Source of the DNA: Patescibacteria group bacterium
GTDB lineage: Bacteria > Patescibacteriota > Minisyncoccia > Minisyncoccales > UBA5738
Direction: 5' to 3'
NCBI GenBank assembly: GCA_022710775.1
Contig: JAKLGH010000003.1
Span: 14,073 to 78,072 of the forward strand
DNA length: 64,000 bases
Made by a program: the position numbers and the translations under genes
Shown here: in pieces, positions 35,067 to 45,019 of the stretch
Position numbering within the stretch: the stretch's first letter is position 1
Layout of the letters: each line of letters begins with the position of its first letter
Notes under the pieces: model-generated
Databases searched by the model: none
What the model was told of the DNA's origin: nothing
Seen by the model: only the letters and a program-made list of their open reading frames with translations

Positions 35067-35190
35067 ACCCCGGGGCTCTACCCCGGGGATGAATGCCAGC
35101 CCGGAGCGAAGCGGAGGAAAAACATGCTTTTCCTATCCGCGTAGCGATAGCGGAGCGGAGAGGAAAACTCCGGGGCTCTGCCCCGGGGTA
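35067..35190. repeat. twin all-GC hairpins exactly 100 bp apart flanking a third hairpin
   Basis: CCCCGGGG-CTCTA-CCCCGGGG (35068-35088) and CCGGGG-CTCTG-CCCCGG (35170-35188). Central hairpin is GCGGAGGAAAA-ACATGC-TTTTCCTATCCGC (35111-35140). Confidence 0.7.
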
Positions 35191-35218
35191 GTTTATTAAA
35201 TAATTAAGGTAAATTTTT

Positions 35219-35653
35219 ATGAATACAGGGATAGTGAAAAGAATCGAGCCGGATCCAGAAAGAAATAGACCGGTTCGCAAAAATTCGGGAGTTGCGCTTT
35301 ATATGGCTATTGTTGTAATGTCTATTTTGTTTTCCGTGGCTTTCGGAATGAGCGCCATTTCCATCGCGAGGATTAAAAATCTGAACTCGATAGGCAACTC
35401 TGTCGTTGCTTTTTATGCCGCCGATGCCGGAGCCGAACGGGGGATTAAAGAATCTACCGATGCCACGTACAATATATCCCATGCTTATCTTGATACCAAC
35501 GGCAATGGATACGAAGACGGCAACGATGCCACTTATCAGGTGGAAGGGATAGTCGCGGGATCCGAGAATTGCCCGATTACGCTTGATTATTGCTTGAGAT
35601 CCGTGGGAGAATATATGGGTACGAAGCGCCATATCCAGATAACGTTCAAATAA
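35219..35653 (+). CDS. PilX-like minor pilus protein
   Basis: 144 aa. N-terminal SGVALYMAIVVMSILFSVAFGMSAISIA resembles the PilX N-terminal segment. Confidence 0.5.
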   Translation: MNTGIVKRIEPDPERNRPVRKNSGVALYMAIVVMSILFSVAFGMSAISIARIKNLNSIGNSVVAFYAADAGAERGIKESTDATYNISHAYLDTNGNGYEDGNDATYQVEGIVAGSENCPITLDYCLRSVGEYMGTKRHIQITFK

Positions 35654-35760
35654 CGGCCTTCAATTTTCACCGGTTGTTGACGATTTTTTAAAACCCCGAC
35701 CTTCAAAGAGCCGGGGTTTCATCAAGGTAGCGGCTGACTCCAGCCGGATATTTCAAGATT

Positions 35761-37827
35761 ATGACCAAAAAAGAGGCTAAAACTAGAATCGGGAAGTTAA
35801 AAACCCTTATTAACCGCTACCGGTATGCTTACCATGTTATGGATAGGCAGGAAATTTCCGATGAGGCTTTGGATTCGCTTAAAAAAGAAATTTACGACCT
35901 GGAGCTCCGGTATCCGGAATTCATAACACCGGATTCTCCGACCCAGCGCGTTGCGGGGGCGCCGCTGAAAAATTTTGTGAAATTCGCGCATTCGGAGCCG
36001 ATGAATTCTTTGAACGATGCTTTCTCGGCCGCGGATATGGCGGACTGGCAGGCCAGGTTTTCCAAACTGTTGGATCAAAGGGATTTGGGATCAGTTGATT
36101 TTTATTGCGAGCCTAAGCTCGACGGCTTGGCCGTGGAACTGATCTACCGCGACGGGTTCTTTTCCGTCGGTGCGACGCGGGGCGACGGCAGGATCGGAGA
36201 GAATGTTACGCAAAATCTGAAAACGATCGAAGCAATTCCTTTAAAATTAAAAGATCCCGATAAAGTTTATTCGGATTTAAAGAAAGAAGGCTTGGGTAAA
36301 GTGGCCGAGCGTTTTTCCAAAAAAGGGATGCCCGATATTGAGGTCCGCGGCGAGGTGGTTATTGCCAAAAAAGAGTTCGCCAAGGTGAACAACGAACAAC
36401 TTAAAAAAGGGTTGCCGCTTTTCGCCAATCCGCGCAACCTAGCGGCTGGTTCCATCCGCCAGCTTGATCCGCAAGTTGCAGCCTCGCGCCATCTTGATTC
36501 TAATTGCTACGCTTTGGTTTCTGACTTGGGCCAGGCAACGCATTATGAAGAGCATCGGATCCTTGAGATTTTGGGATTTAAAACCAACAATAAATACAGC
36601 AAATATTGCAGGAACCTGGACGAAGTTTTCAATTTCCACGGATACTGGTACAAAAACCGCGAAAAACTGCCATACGAGATTGACGGCATCGTGGTGAGGA
36701 TTAACAGCAACGCGATCTTCAAAAAACTGGGAACGGTCGGTAAAGCGCCCAGAGGAGCTATCGCTTATAAATTCCCTTTAAAACAGACGACGACGGTTGT
36801 CGAAGATATATTGGTCCAAGTGGGGCGCACGGGCGCTTTAACGCCTGTCGCCGTTCTAAAACCCGTTGAAGTCGGAGGCGTAGTGATTACGCGCGCCACT
36901 TTGCACAACGAGGACGAGATTAAAAGGTTGGGTTTGATGATTGGAGACACCGTGGTTGTCGGCCGGGCCGGTGACGTGATTCCCGATATTATCAAGGTCT
37001 TGCCTGAACTAAGGTCCAACGATGCCAAAAAGTTTTTGATGCCTAGATCCTGCCCGGTTTGCGGCGCAAAAGTGGCTAAACCTGATGGCGAAGTGGTTTG
37101 GCGCTGCTTGAATCCGGAATGTTTCGCGGTTCAGGAAAGATATTTTTCCTATTTTTTTTCGGATAAAGGATTTGATGTCCAGGGCCTTGGGCCAAAGATC
37201 ATCGAAAAACTGATGGAAGAAGGTTTGATGCGCGATCCGGCCGATCTTTTTTTGCTGAAAGAAGGCGACTTGGCGCCGCTGCAAAGATTCGCGGAAAAAT
37301 CGGCAAAAAAATTGGTTGAGTCCGTCCAGGCGAAAAAAATCATCACTTTGCCCCGGTTTCTCAATGCTTTGGGAATCCGGCAGGTCGGGGAAGAAACTTC
37401 TTTGGCGCTGGCCCGCCGATTTGGCGGAATAACAGAAATAAAAAAGGCGTCGCTGGAAGAGCTGCAAAACGTCGAGGACATCGGTCCAAAAGTCGCCGAG
37501 TCGATTTACGGGTGGTTTCGTGAAAAGAAAAATCTGACATTCATTGCCAAACTTCAGGAAATCGGTATTAGGATCGAGGCCGCAAAAATCGCCCGTAATC
37601 CGAAGATTGGAGGGAAAGCCTTTGTTTTTACCGGCAGCCTGGCGTCTTTAGAGCGCCAGAAGGCAAAAGAATCGGTTAGGGCGCGGGGCGGATCGGTTTC
37701 CGAATCGGTTTCCAAGAAGACCGATTATGTGGTGGCTGGCGAAAATCCCGGTTCAAAGTACGACAAAGCGAAGAAGCTGGGAGTAAAGACAATAGATGAG
37801 AAAGAATTTTTGAAGCTTTTGCAATAA
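35761..37827 (+). CDS. ligA: NAD-dependent DNA ligase
   Basis: 688 aa. Adenylation site CEPKLDGLA, Zn finger CPVCGAKV...C, HhH repeats and a C-terminal BRCT (FVFTGSL). Confidence 0.95.
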   Translation: MTKKEAKTRIGKLKTLINRYRYAYHVMDRQEISDEALDSLKKEIYDLELRYPEFITPDSPTQRVAGAPLKNFVKFAHSEPMNSLNDAFSAADMADWQARFSKLLDQRDLGSVDFYCEPKLDGLAVELIYRDGFFSVGATRGDGRIGENVTQNLKTIEAIPLKLKDPDKVYSDLKKEGLGKVAERFSKKGMPDIEVRGEVVIAKKEFAKVNNEQLKKGLPLFANPRNLAAGSIRQLDPQVAASRHLDSNCYALVSDLGQATHYEEHRILEILGFKTNNKYSKYCRNLDEVFNFHGYWYKNREKLPYEIDGIVVRINSNAIFKKLGTVGKAPRGAIAYKFPLKQTTTVVEDILVQVGRTGALTPVAVLKPVEVGGVVITRATLHNEDEIKRLGLMIGDTVVVGRAGDVIPDIIKVLPELRSNDAKKFLMPRSCPVCGAKVAKPDGEVVWRCLNPECFAVQERYFSYFFSDKGFDVQGLGPKIIEKLMEEGLMRDPADLFLLKEGDLAPLQRFAEKSAKKLVESVQAKKIITLPRFLNALGIRQVGEETSLALARRFGGITEIKKASLEELQNVEDIGPKVAESIYGWFREKKNLTFIAKLQEIGIRIEAAKIARNPKIGGKAFVFTGSLASLERQKAKESVRARGGSVSESVSKKTDYVVAGENPGSKYDKAKKLGVKTIDEKEFLKLLQ

Positions 37828-37934
37828 ATCGGCTAAGAGATCTGATTTAAGGGATAAAACAGGGCCGCCGAGATTGGACAAGTTTTAATGTCGGTATATA
37901 TTTAAGAAGAACGAGCTTAACTTCTTTCCGGAAT

Positions 37935-39041
37935 ATGAATTTTGTTTGGAGCCATATAAAAAAACTTGACTGGACGCTGATTTTAGCGTCTTTTGGCTTG
38001 GTTTTGATAGGATTGGTATCCATCTACAGCAGTTCGCTTCATTCGGGCGATTTTACTAATTTGGAAAAAAACATTGCTTTTTTCACGGTCGGAGCGGTTT
38101 TAATGGTCGTTTTCAGCTTTTTTGATTGGAAGATATTTCGGGAGAACCCCTATTTGATCCTTATTCTTTATTTTTTTTCTTTGTTGCTGTTGGCTGGTCT
38201 TTATTTTTTTGCTCCTGCGACGCGCGGGGTGCGGACCTGGTATAAGATCGGCCCTTTTTCCCTGGATCCGATCGAACTGACCAAGTTGTCGCTTTTGATC
38301 CTTTTAGCCAAGTATTTTTCTTCCCGCCATGTTGAAATGTATCGGATCAAGCATGTCCTGCTTTCCGGTTTATATGTTCTTATTCCGGTCGCTTTGATCT
38401 TCTTCCAGCCTAACCTCGGATCATGTTTGGTGATTATGTCGCTCTGGCTGGGAATATTGGTGATTTCGGGAATCAAAATGCGGCATTTTCTATTTTTGAT
38501 GCTGGCTTTTATGCTGGTTTTTGCTTCCGGCTGGGCTTTTTTTCTGAAGGATTACCAAAAAGCCCGGATTATGAGCTTTTTTGTGCCTTATGATCCCTTA
38601 GGAATTTCCTGGAGCCAAAACCAGTCCAAGATCGCGGTCGGAATCGGCGGTTTTTACGGCAAGGGGATCGGTAACGGTTCCCAGACTCAGTATGGTTTTT
38701 TGTCCGAGCCTCAGACCGATTTCATTTTCGCGGCTGTCGCCGAAGAGATGGGAATAGCCGGCATTGCGGCGGTCCTGATGCTTTTTTTGCTGGTTATTTG
38801 GAGGATAACCAGGATCGCCCAAGGCGCATACGATAATTTTTCCAAATTATTCGTTTTGGGTTTCGCGGTTTTACTGATCGCCCAAATCATTATCCATGTG
38901 GGCATGAACATTGGTTTTTTACCGATCATCGGGCTGCCTCTTCCTTATTTGAGCTACGGGGGGTCGAACATGATCGCAACTTTTATGATATTGGGGATCT
39001 TGCAGAGCATTAAAGTAAATCCCCACTTTGAATTGTCTTAA
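37935..39041 (+). CDS. SEDS-family peptidoglycan polymerase (FtsW/RodA)
   Basis: 368 aa, 10 TM helices. QPNLGS, SEPQTDFIFA and LPLPYLSYGGS motifs. Confidence 0.85.
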   Translation: MNFVWSHIKKLDWTLILASFGLVLIGLVSIYSSSLHSGDFTNLEKNIAFFTVGAVLMVVFSFFDWKIFRENPYLILILYFFSLLLLAGLYFFAPATRGVRTWYKIGPFSLDPIELTKLSLLILLAKYFSSRHVEMYRIKHVLLSGLYVLIPVALIFFQPNLGSCLVIMSLWLGILVISGIKMRHFLFLMLAFMLVFASGWAFFLKDYQKARIMSFFVPYDPLGISWSQNQSKIAVGIGGFYGKGIGNGSQTQYGFLSEPQTDFIFAAVAEEMGIAGIAAVLMLFLLVIWRITRIAQGAYDNFSKLFVLGFAVLLIAQIIIHVGMNIGFLPIIGLPLPYLSYGGSNMIATFMILGILQSIKVNPHFELS

Positions 39042-39200
39042 AATCCTGTTTTCCCCAGTTTTTCTTGCGTTCCTTTATTTATTTGCCTATAATAAATAAG
39101 AAATGTCATGTATTTTTATGCCAATAGTTAATATTTAAGCGGCATAGCAGCCACGGCAGCAATTAACGTTCGGCGAAACAATAATATTTAAATAAGATCC

Positions 39201-41366
39201 ATGTCAATATTAAAAGCGGTTTCCAGAGGAAGTATTTATCTATTGGTTTTTTTAACACCGTTGTTTTTTTCTCCGCTTACCCAGAATGTTCTTGATTTTC
39301 AGAAGCAGACGTTTTTCCTGGTGATTGCCTTGTTCGGCCTTATGGGATGGGCGAGCGATGCTTTGATATCGAAAAGGCTCACTTTTAATTTCAATTTAGC
39401 CAGTTTGGCGGTCGTCGCGGTTTTATTGATAACGCTTGTTTCCAGCCTTTTTTCCTTATACAGCTACGGCAGCCTTTGGGGTTTGCCGCTGGATATTTCG
39501 GCCAGCTTTCTGACTGTTACCGGCTTTGTTTTGTTTTATTTCCTGGTAATCAATCTTTTTGGCCGGGAAGAATTGGGTAAGCTGATTAATACGCTGGTTT
39601 TTTCGTCTTTTATCGCCGCTCTATACGGAATATTGCAGCTTTTTGGCTTATTCATCGTTCCTTTAGATTTTGCCAAACTTTCTTCTTTTAATACTGTAGG
39701 GTCGGTTAACGGTTTAAGCCTGTTTGTGTCTGCGGTTTTAGTTGCGGTTTTTGCCATGATCCTTGCGGAGAAAAACAAATTTCGGATGGTTTTGCTGGCT
39801 TTTGCCGGCGCTACCTTGTTTTTATATTTAGTTTTGGCTAACTTCCTTGCGGCTTGGGTTATGCTTGCTTTTGGATCGCTGGTTATTTTCATACAAAGCT
39901 TTGTCGATCGGGAATCTTTCTTCCGCGGTACGGTTGTCGCGGCTTTTTCCTTTGTCTTATTGTTTTTATCCCTGATTTTTGTGGCTCTTGATGTTTTTGC
40001 CATTGACTTCATCAGGGATTTGTATAGCAATTTCCCCCAGGCGCCGGTTGAAATTTCTTTGACCAATAAAGCTTCCTGGGATATCACAGGAGCTACGCTT
40101 AAATCATCTGCCAAAAATTTGTTTCTTGGGTCCGGTCCGGGAACCTATGTTTATGACTATGCTAAATTCAAACCCGGCATGATCAACCAGACTAATTTTT
40201 GGAACATCAGGTTTGGAACGGCTGCCAATGAAATATTGGGAAGATTGGCGACTGTCGGGATTTTGGGTATCTTTTTCCTGGTTGCGTTAATCGGTTTTAT
40301 CTCTTTCAAAGGCTTTAAAATGCTGAATGAGGATCGCGAAGATAAAGAATTGATCATCGCTTGTTATGCTTCGTGGCTGGCGATAGTATTGGCATTTTTT
40401 CTGTACCCATTCAGCTTTACCCTTACTTTTCTCTTTTGGCTGCTAACCGCTTTGATCATCGGATTCAACGACGACAAGAAAAGGGAGATTGAATTTTCTC
40501 TTGGATCCAAGGCTGCGTACGCCGCTCCTTTGTTGCTGGTTGTTGTTCTGGCCTGCCAGTTGGGAATTATTGTTTGGGTGGGAAAACGGTATTTTGCCGA
40601 GGTAAAATATTTAAATGCGATGCAGGCAGTGCAAAGACAGGATTTTTCAGGCGCGGTTAACAATTTAAATCTGGCCATCAGCAGCACGGAATCCGCCCAG
40701 GATAACTATTTGAGGGACTTGGCTCAGGTTTATTTGGTATGGGTAAGACAGGAAATAGCAAAGGAATCCGATCAAAAGAAGACTTTGGAATTGATAGCTC
40801 CGCTTATGGGGCGCGCGGTTGAAGTAGCCAAAATTAACACGGATTCGGTAAACGGGAACGATGCCAACAATTGGGCGGTTCGGGGTTATGTTTACCGGGA
40901 GCTGATCGGGGCGGTAAAGGATGCCGATTCCTGGGCCGTGACGAGCTACAAGAGGGCAATAGATCTGGAGCCGGCCAGTTCATACCTTTATGTTGAATTA
41001 GCCCAGGTCTATATTTTAAAGGAAGACCAGGAGGCTGCGAAAGAAGCTTTATTGAAAGCCGTTGAGCTTAACCCGGGTTATTCCAATGCGCGCTATTATC
41101 TTGGTTTGATTTACGATAAAGAAGGCAAGAAGCAGGAAGCGATCGACCAATTCACGGTTGTGGCCCAACTTAATCCCGAAAACAAAGAGATTTTAACGAT
41201 TCTTGAAAACTTGAAAGCGGGAAGGCCGGCTGCGGGGGAAGCAACTATGCCGGCGCCGGACTTAAATAATCCTCCTGCGAGCGGCGAGGTCAATTCAGGG
41301 CCCGAGATTAATTCCGTACCTTCAGAGAATCCGGCTGTCATTGCGCCTGAAAGTGAAAAACCTTAA
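39201..41366 (+). CDS. polytopic O-antigen-ligase-like membrane protein with C-terminal TPR repeats
   Basis: 721 aa. About 12 TM helices, then TPR-like repeats (YYLGLIYDKEGKKQEAIDQF) and a Pro-rich tail. The O-antigen ligase assignment rests on architecture only. Confidence 0.55.
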   Translation: MSILKAVSRGSIYLLVFLTPLFFSPLTQNVLDFQKQTFFLVIALFGLMGWASDALISKRLTFNFNLASLAVVAVLLITLVSSLFSLYSYGSLWGLPLDISASFLTVTGFVLFYFLVINLFGREELGKLINTLVFSSFIAALYGILQLFGLFIVPLDFAKLSSFNTVGSVNGLSLFVSAVLVAVFAMILAEKNKFRMVLLAFAGATLFLYLVLANFLAAWVMLAFGSLVIFIQSFVDRESFFRGTVVAAFSFVLLFLSLIFVALDVFAIDFIRDLYSNFPQAPVEISLTNKASWDITGATLKSSAKNLFLGSGPGTYVYDYAKFKPGMINQTNFWNIRFGTAANEILGRLATVGILGIFFLVALIGFISFKGFKMLNEDREDKELIIACYASWLAIVLAFFLYPFSFTLTFLFWLLTALIIGFNDDKKREIEFSLGSKAAYAAPLLLVVVLACQLGIIVWVGKRYFAEVKYLNAMQAVQRQDFSGAVNNLNLAISSTESAQDNYLRDLAQVYLVWVRQEIAKESDQKKTLELIAPLMGRAVEVAKINTDSVNGNDANNWAVRGYVYRELIGAVKDADSWAVTSYKRAIDLEPASSYLYVELAQVYILKEDQEAAKEALLKAVELNPGYSNARYYLGLIYDKEGKKQEAIDQFTVVAQLNPENKEILTILENLKAGRPAAGEATMPAPDLNNPPASGEVNSGPEINSVPSENPAVIAPESEKP

Positions 41367-41417
41367 AGCACAAAAAAGAGAGATTAGCCGAATTGGCTGT
41401 TTAAGATTGAAATGCCA

Positions 41418-41446
41418 TTGACAAGATAAACAACTTTTGATAAAAT
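41418..41446 (+). promoter_or_regulatory. strong promoter upstream of rpoB
   Basis: TTGACA (41418-41423), 17-nt spacer ending in TGA (extended -10), TAAAAT (41441-41446). Confidence 0.55.
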
Positions 41447-41812
41447 TAATATTTGTAAAGGTAATAACCATTAATCCTTGATTTCTTCCCTGTTTTTATA
41501 AAGAAAATTCCTATCAAAAACCCAAATTTCAAAAAGGGTTTTTTTGGGTTTTTAAGAAGATTTATTTTGGATTTTGGTTTTTGTCCGGCTCGTCTATTGT
41601 TGCCGGACAAGTAAAAACATATAAAAACTTCCTTACATATAGGAAGCAAGAGGATTGCTCCTAAGCTGCCCACCAGCCGGTGGACAGCGGGCCGAGATCG
41701 GCCGGGAATTTTCAAATCGATTATCAAGAGGCGATCCGAAAAGGGGATTTTCGGCATTATCTTAATAATGATTGCCTGAAATCGCGTTATTTTGGATGAC
41801 CTTCATAAATCT

Positions 41813-44800
41813 ATGGCGCTTAAAATAAAGAATTTTACGAAAGCCAAAGTGGCTCTTCCTCTGCCTTATTTGCTGGTTTTGCAGAAGGAGAGTTGGGATG
41901 TTTTTTGGAAAAACGATTTGCGCGAACTGTTTACCGAAATTTCCCCGATTCGCGACTATACAGGCAAGGAGTTGGAGCTTTGGATTTTAGATTACAAGCT
42001 TGACAAACCTAAATACAAGAATGATCTTGAAGCGAGGATCAACAATGACTCATACGAGGTTCCCATCAGGATTAAAGCAAAACTAGTTAATCTGAAAACC
42101 AAAGACGCCAAAATCCAAGAAATTTTCTTGTGCGATTTTCCCCTTATGACCGAACGGGGAACTTTTATTGTAAACGGGGTCGAACGGGTTTGTATTTCGC
42201 AGCTGATCCGTTCCGCCGGCGTATTTTTTTCTTCCGATGTCATTGGAGGGAAAAATCATTTCGGGACCAAGATAATTCCCAACCGCGGATCCTGGCTGGA
42301 ATTTGAGACGACCCATACCGGTTTTATCGGCGTTAAGATCGATCGAAAACGCCGCGTGCCCGCCACAACTTTGTTGCGGGCTTTTGGTATCGATAATGAC
42401 CAGTCAATCAAGGAAATGTTCGCGGGCGTGAATAACGGTCCGGTTGATTATATCGAAGAAACCTTGAAAAAAGATCCGACACACAGCCAAGCGGAAGCGC
42501 TGGTTGAAATATACCAAAGATTGAGGCCCGGCGACCTGGCTACGCCCGATACGGCCAAGGAATTGATCGAGAACATGTTTTTCAACTTCGAGCGTTACGA
42601 TCTGTCTAAAGTTGGAAGATGGAAGATGTGGAAGAGGCTGCCCGAATTGAAAGCCAAAAAGAAGGGGAAAGGAGATGGAGACTTGGTGGAGCTTCCCGAT
42701 CGGGTTTTAAGCATCGAGGACATTGTTGCCGTCATCAATGAAATTATCCGGTTGAACAACGATCCGAATGCCAAGCCCGACGAAATCGACCATTTGGGTA
42801 ATCGCCGAGTCAGGACTTTAAATGAATTGCTCGTCAATCGTTTAAGGATAGGTTTTATGCGCATGGAGCGCATCGTCAAGGACCGGATGTCGACGCTAGA
42901 CGTTTTCAACCTGGCTCCGATGCAGCTGATCAATCCGCGGCCGGTTATGGCTGTGGTCAAGGAATTCTTCTCGTCTTCCCAGCTGTCCCAGTTTATGGAC
43001 AACGAAAATCCTTTATCGGAACTTGAGCACAAGCGAAGGCTGGCTGCCACTGGCCCCGGAGGCTTAACCAGGGAGCGGGCCGGTTTTGAAGTTCGCGACG
43101 TCCAGCCTTCACATTATGGCCGCATTTGCCCGATCCAAACCCCGGAAGGCCCGAATGTCGGCTTGGTTGGCTATCTTGCTTCATTCACCAAGATCAACTC
43201 CTTTGGATTTCTCGAAACCCCTTATTTAAAGGTGGATAAAAACGGACATGTATCTGATAAGCTTGAATATTTAACCGCGGATGAGGAGGAAAAGCATAAT
43301 ATCGCGACTGCGATCGTGCCGATTGACGAAAAAAATATTATTATCCCCAAGAAATTGGAGGCCAGGATCAAGGGGGAGCCTGGCATCTGCGAGCGGGATG
43401 CCATCGATTACATCGATATTTCTCCCCAGCAGATTCTTTCGGTTGGAACATCCCTGATCCCATTTTTGCAGAACGATGATGCGAATCGCGCCCTAATGGG
43501 TTCTAATATGCAGCGTCAATCGACTCCGGTTATCAAACCGCAGGTGCCATTGGTCATGACGGGTTCCGAAGAAAGGATTGCCCACGATTCCGGCCATATT
43601 TTATTGGCTGAAGATAATGGCGTTATTACTGCCGTGGACGGCGGTCGGATAGCGGTGAAGTATGACGGCGAAAAAGAGGAGAAGAGCTATGACCTGCGGA
43701 TCTTTATCCGGACCAATCAATATACTTGTTTCCATCAGAGTCCGATCGTGAAACTTGGCCAGAAAGTGAAGAAAGGACAAGCTTTATCCGATGGCGGTTC
43801 GATCGTTGACGGGCATCTGGCTTTAGGCCAAAACATATTGTGCGCTTTCGTATCATGGCGCGGAGGAAATTTCGAAGATGCCATTTTGATTTCGGAGCGT
43901 TTGGTGGGAGATGATCGCTTCTCTTCGATCCACATGGAAAATTTTGTTTGCGATGTCCGGGAAACGAAACTTGGACCCGAAGTTACCACTTTCGATATTC
44001 CCAACGTATCAGAAGAAAAACTCAAAGATCTTGATGAAGAAGGCGTGATTCGGATCGGCGCCGAAGTGAAACCCAATGACATTCTGGTCGGAAAGATTTC
44101 GCCCAAGGGAGAACAGGAGCTGACGGCCGAGGAGCGGCTTTTGCGCTCGATCTTCGGGGAAAAAGCTAAAGATGTCAAAGATACTTCGCTTCTGATGGAA
44201 CACGGCAAGCGCGGACGCGTGGTAGGCGTGAAGATCTTTTCGCGGGAACAGGGACATAAGCTCGATCCGGGCGTGATCAAACGCATCGAGATCGAGATTG
44301 CCGAATTGCGGAAAGTCCAAGCCGGAGACAAGCTTGCCGGACGCCACGGAAACAAAGGTGTCATTTCCCGGGTTTTAGCGGTTGAAGAAATGCCGTTTTT
44401 GGAGGATGGTACTCCGGTTGACATAATTCTGAATCCGATGAGCGTGGCTTCCCGCATGAATTTGGGCCAGATTCTGGAAACTCATTTGGGTTTTGCGGCC
44501 AAGAAACTAGGTTATCACGCGCAGACGCCTTCACTTTCGGGAGCTACCGAACAGGACATCAGGGAAGAATTGAAGAAAGCCGGTTTGCCCGAAGACGGAA
44601 AAGTTGTACTTTACGATGGTAGGACAGGGCTGCCTTTTCCGAATAAGATTACCGTCGGGTACATCTATATGATGAAACTTATCCATATGGTTGAGGATAA
44701 GATCCATACGCGGAGCATCGGGCCATATTCCTTAATCACCCAACAGCCGCTTGGCGGCAAGGCTCAATTCGGCGGACAGCGGTTCGGAGAAATGGAAGTC

Positions 44801-45013
44801 TGGGCTTTGGAAGGCTATGGCGCGGCCTATACTTTGCAGGAGATGCTTACGATCAAGTCCGATGATATTACCGGGCGCGCCACTACTTACGAAACGATTC
44901 TTCGGGGGGAAGAGATAAAAAACCCGAATATTCCCGCATCATTCAATCTCTTGGTCAGTGAACTAAAGTCGCTGGGATTGAACGTCGAGGTAAAAGAGAA
45001 GCCAGCCGAATAA
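41813..45013 (+). CDS. rpoB: DNA-directed RNA polymerase subunit beta
   Basis: The track ORF starts at TTG 41792. ATG 41813 gives MALKIKNFTK.... Conserved blocks include GNRRVR, SQLSQFMD, GRHGNKGV and GGQRFGEMEVWA. Confidence 0.95.
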   Translation: MALKIKNFTKAKVALPLPYLLVLQKESWDVFWKNDLRELFTEISPIRDYTGKELELWILDYKLDKPKYKNDLEARINNDSYEVPIRIKAKLVNLKTKDAKIQEIFLCDFPLMTERGTFIVNGVERVCISQLIRSAGVFFSSDVIGGKNHFGTKIIPNRGSWLEFETTHTGFIGVKIDRKRRVPATTLLRAFGIDNDQSIKEMFAGVNNGPVDYIEETLKKDPTHSQAEALVEIYQRLRPGDLATPDTAKELIENMFFNFERYDLSKVGRWKMWKRLPELKAKKKGKGDGDLVELPDRVLSIEDIVAVINEIIRLNNDPNAKPDEIDHLGNRRVRTLNELLVNRLRIGFMRMERIVKDRMSTLDVFNLAPMQLINPRPVMAVVKEFFSSSQLSQFMDNENPLSELEHKRRLAATGPGGLTRERAGFEVRDVQPSHYGRICPIQTPEGPNVGLVGYLASFTKINSFGFLETPYLKVDKNGHVSDKLEYLTADEEEKHNIATAIVPIDEKNIIIPKKLEARIKGEPGICERDAIDYIDISPQQILSVGTSLIPFLQNDDANRALMGSNMQRQSTPVIKPQVPLVMTGSEERIAHDSGHILLAEDNGVITAVDGGRIAVKYDGEKEEKSYDLRIFIRTNQYTCFHQSPIVKLGQKVKKGQALSDGGSIVDGHLALGQNILCAFVSWRGGNFEDAILISERLVGDDRFSSIHMENFVCDVRETKLGPEVTTFDIPNVSEEKLKDLDEEGVIRIGAEVKPNDILVGKISPKGEQELTAEERLLRSIFGEKAKDVKDTSLLMEHGKRGRVVGVKIFSREQGHKLDPGVIKRIEIEIAELRKVQAGDKLAGRHGNKGVISRVLAVEEMPFLEDGTPVDIILNPMSVASRMNLGQILETHLGFAAKKLGYHAQTPSLSGATEQDIREELKKAGLPEDGKVVLYDGRTGLPFPNKITVGYIYMMKLIHMVEDKIHTRSIGPYSLITQQPLGGKAQFGGQRFGEMEVWALEGYGAAYTLQEMLTIKSDDITGRATTYETILRGEEIKNPNIPASFNLLVSELKSLGLNVEVKEKPAE

Positions 45014-45019
45014 AAAAGA

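Noticed and set aside
41446-41757. 103-aa minus-strand ORF in the rpoB upstream region.
   Set aside because: It has low-complexity Lys/Ile/Phe-rich composition and no RBS. It occupies a region better explained as a structured plus-strand leader behind a strong promoter.
43735-44457. Long antisense ORFs inside housekeeping genes: 240 aa in rpoB, 233 aa in rpoC (45973-46674), 281 aa in ftsK (49060-49905), 228 aa in recA (53875-54561), 215 aa in the phosphohexomutase gene (57272-57919) and 228 aa opposite gmk (14013-14699).
   Set aside because: Each lies entirely within a confidently identified gene on the other strand. Each has Ser/Arg/Pro/Lys-rich low-complexity composition and no RBS or motifs. 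These are the typical shadow ORFs of codon-biased genes.
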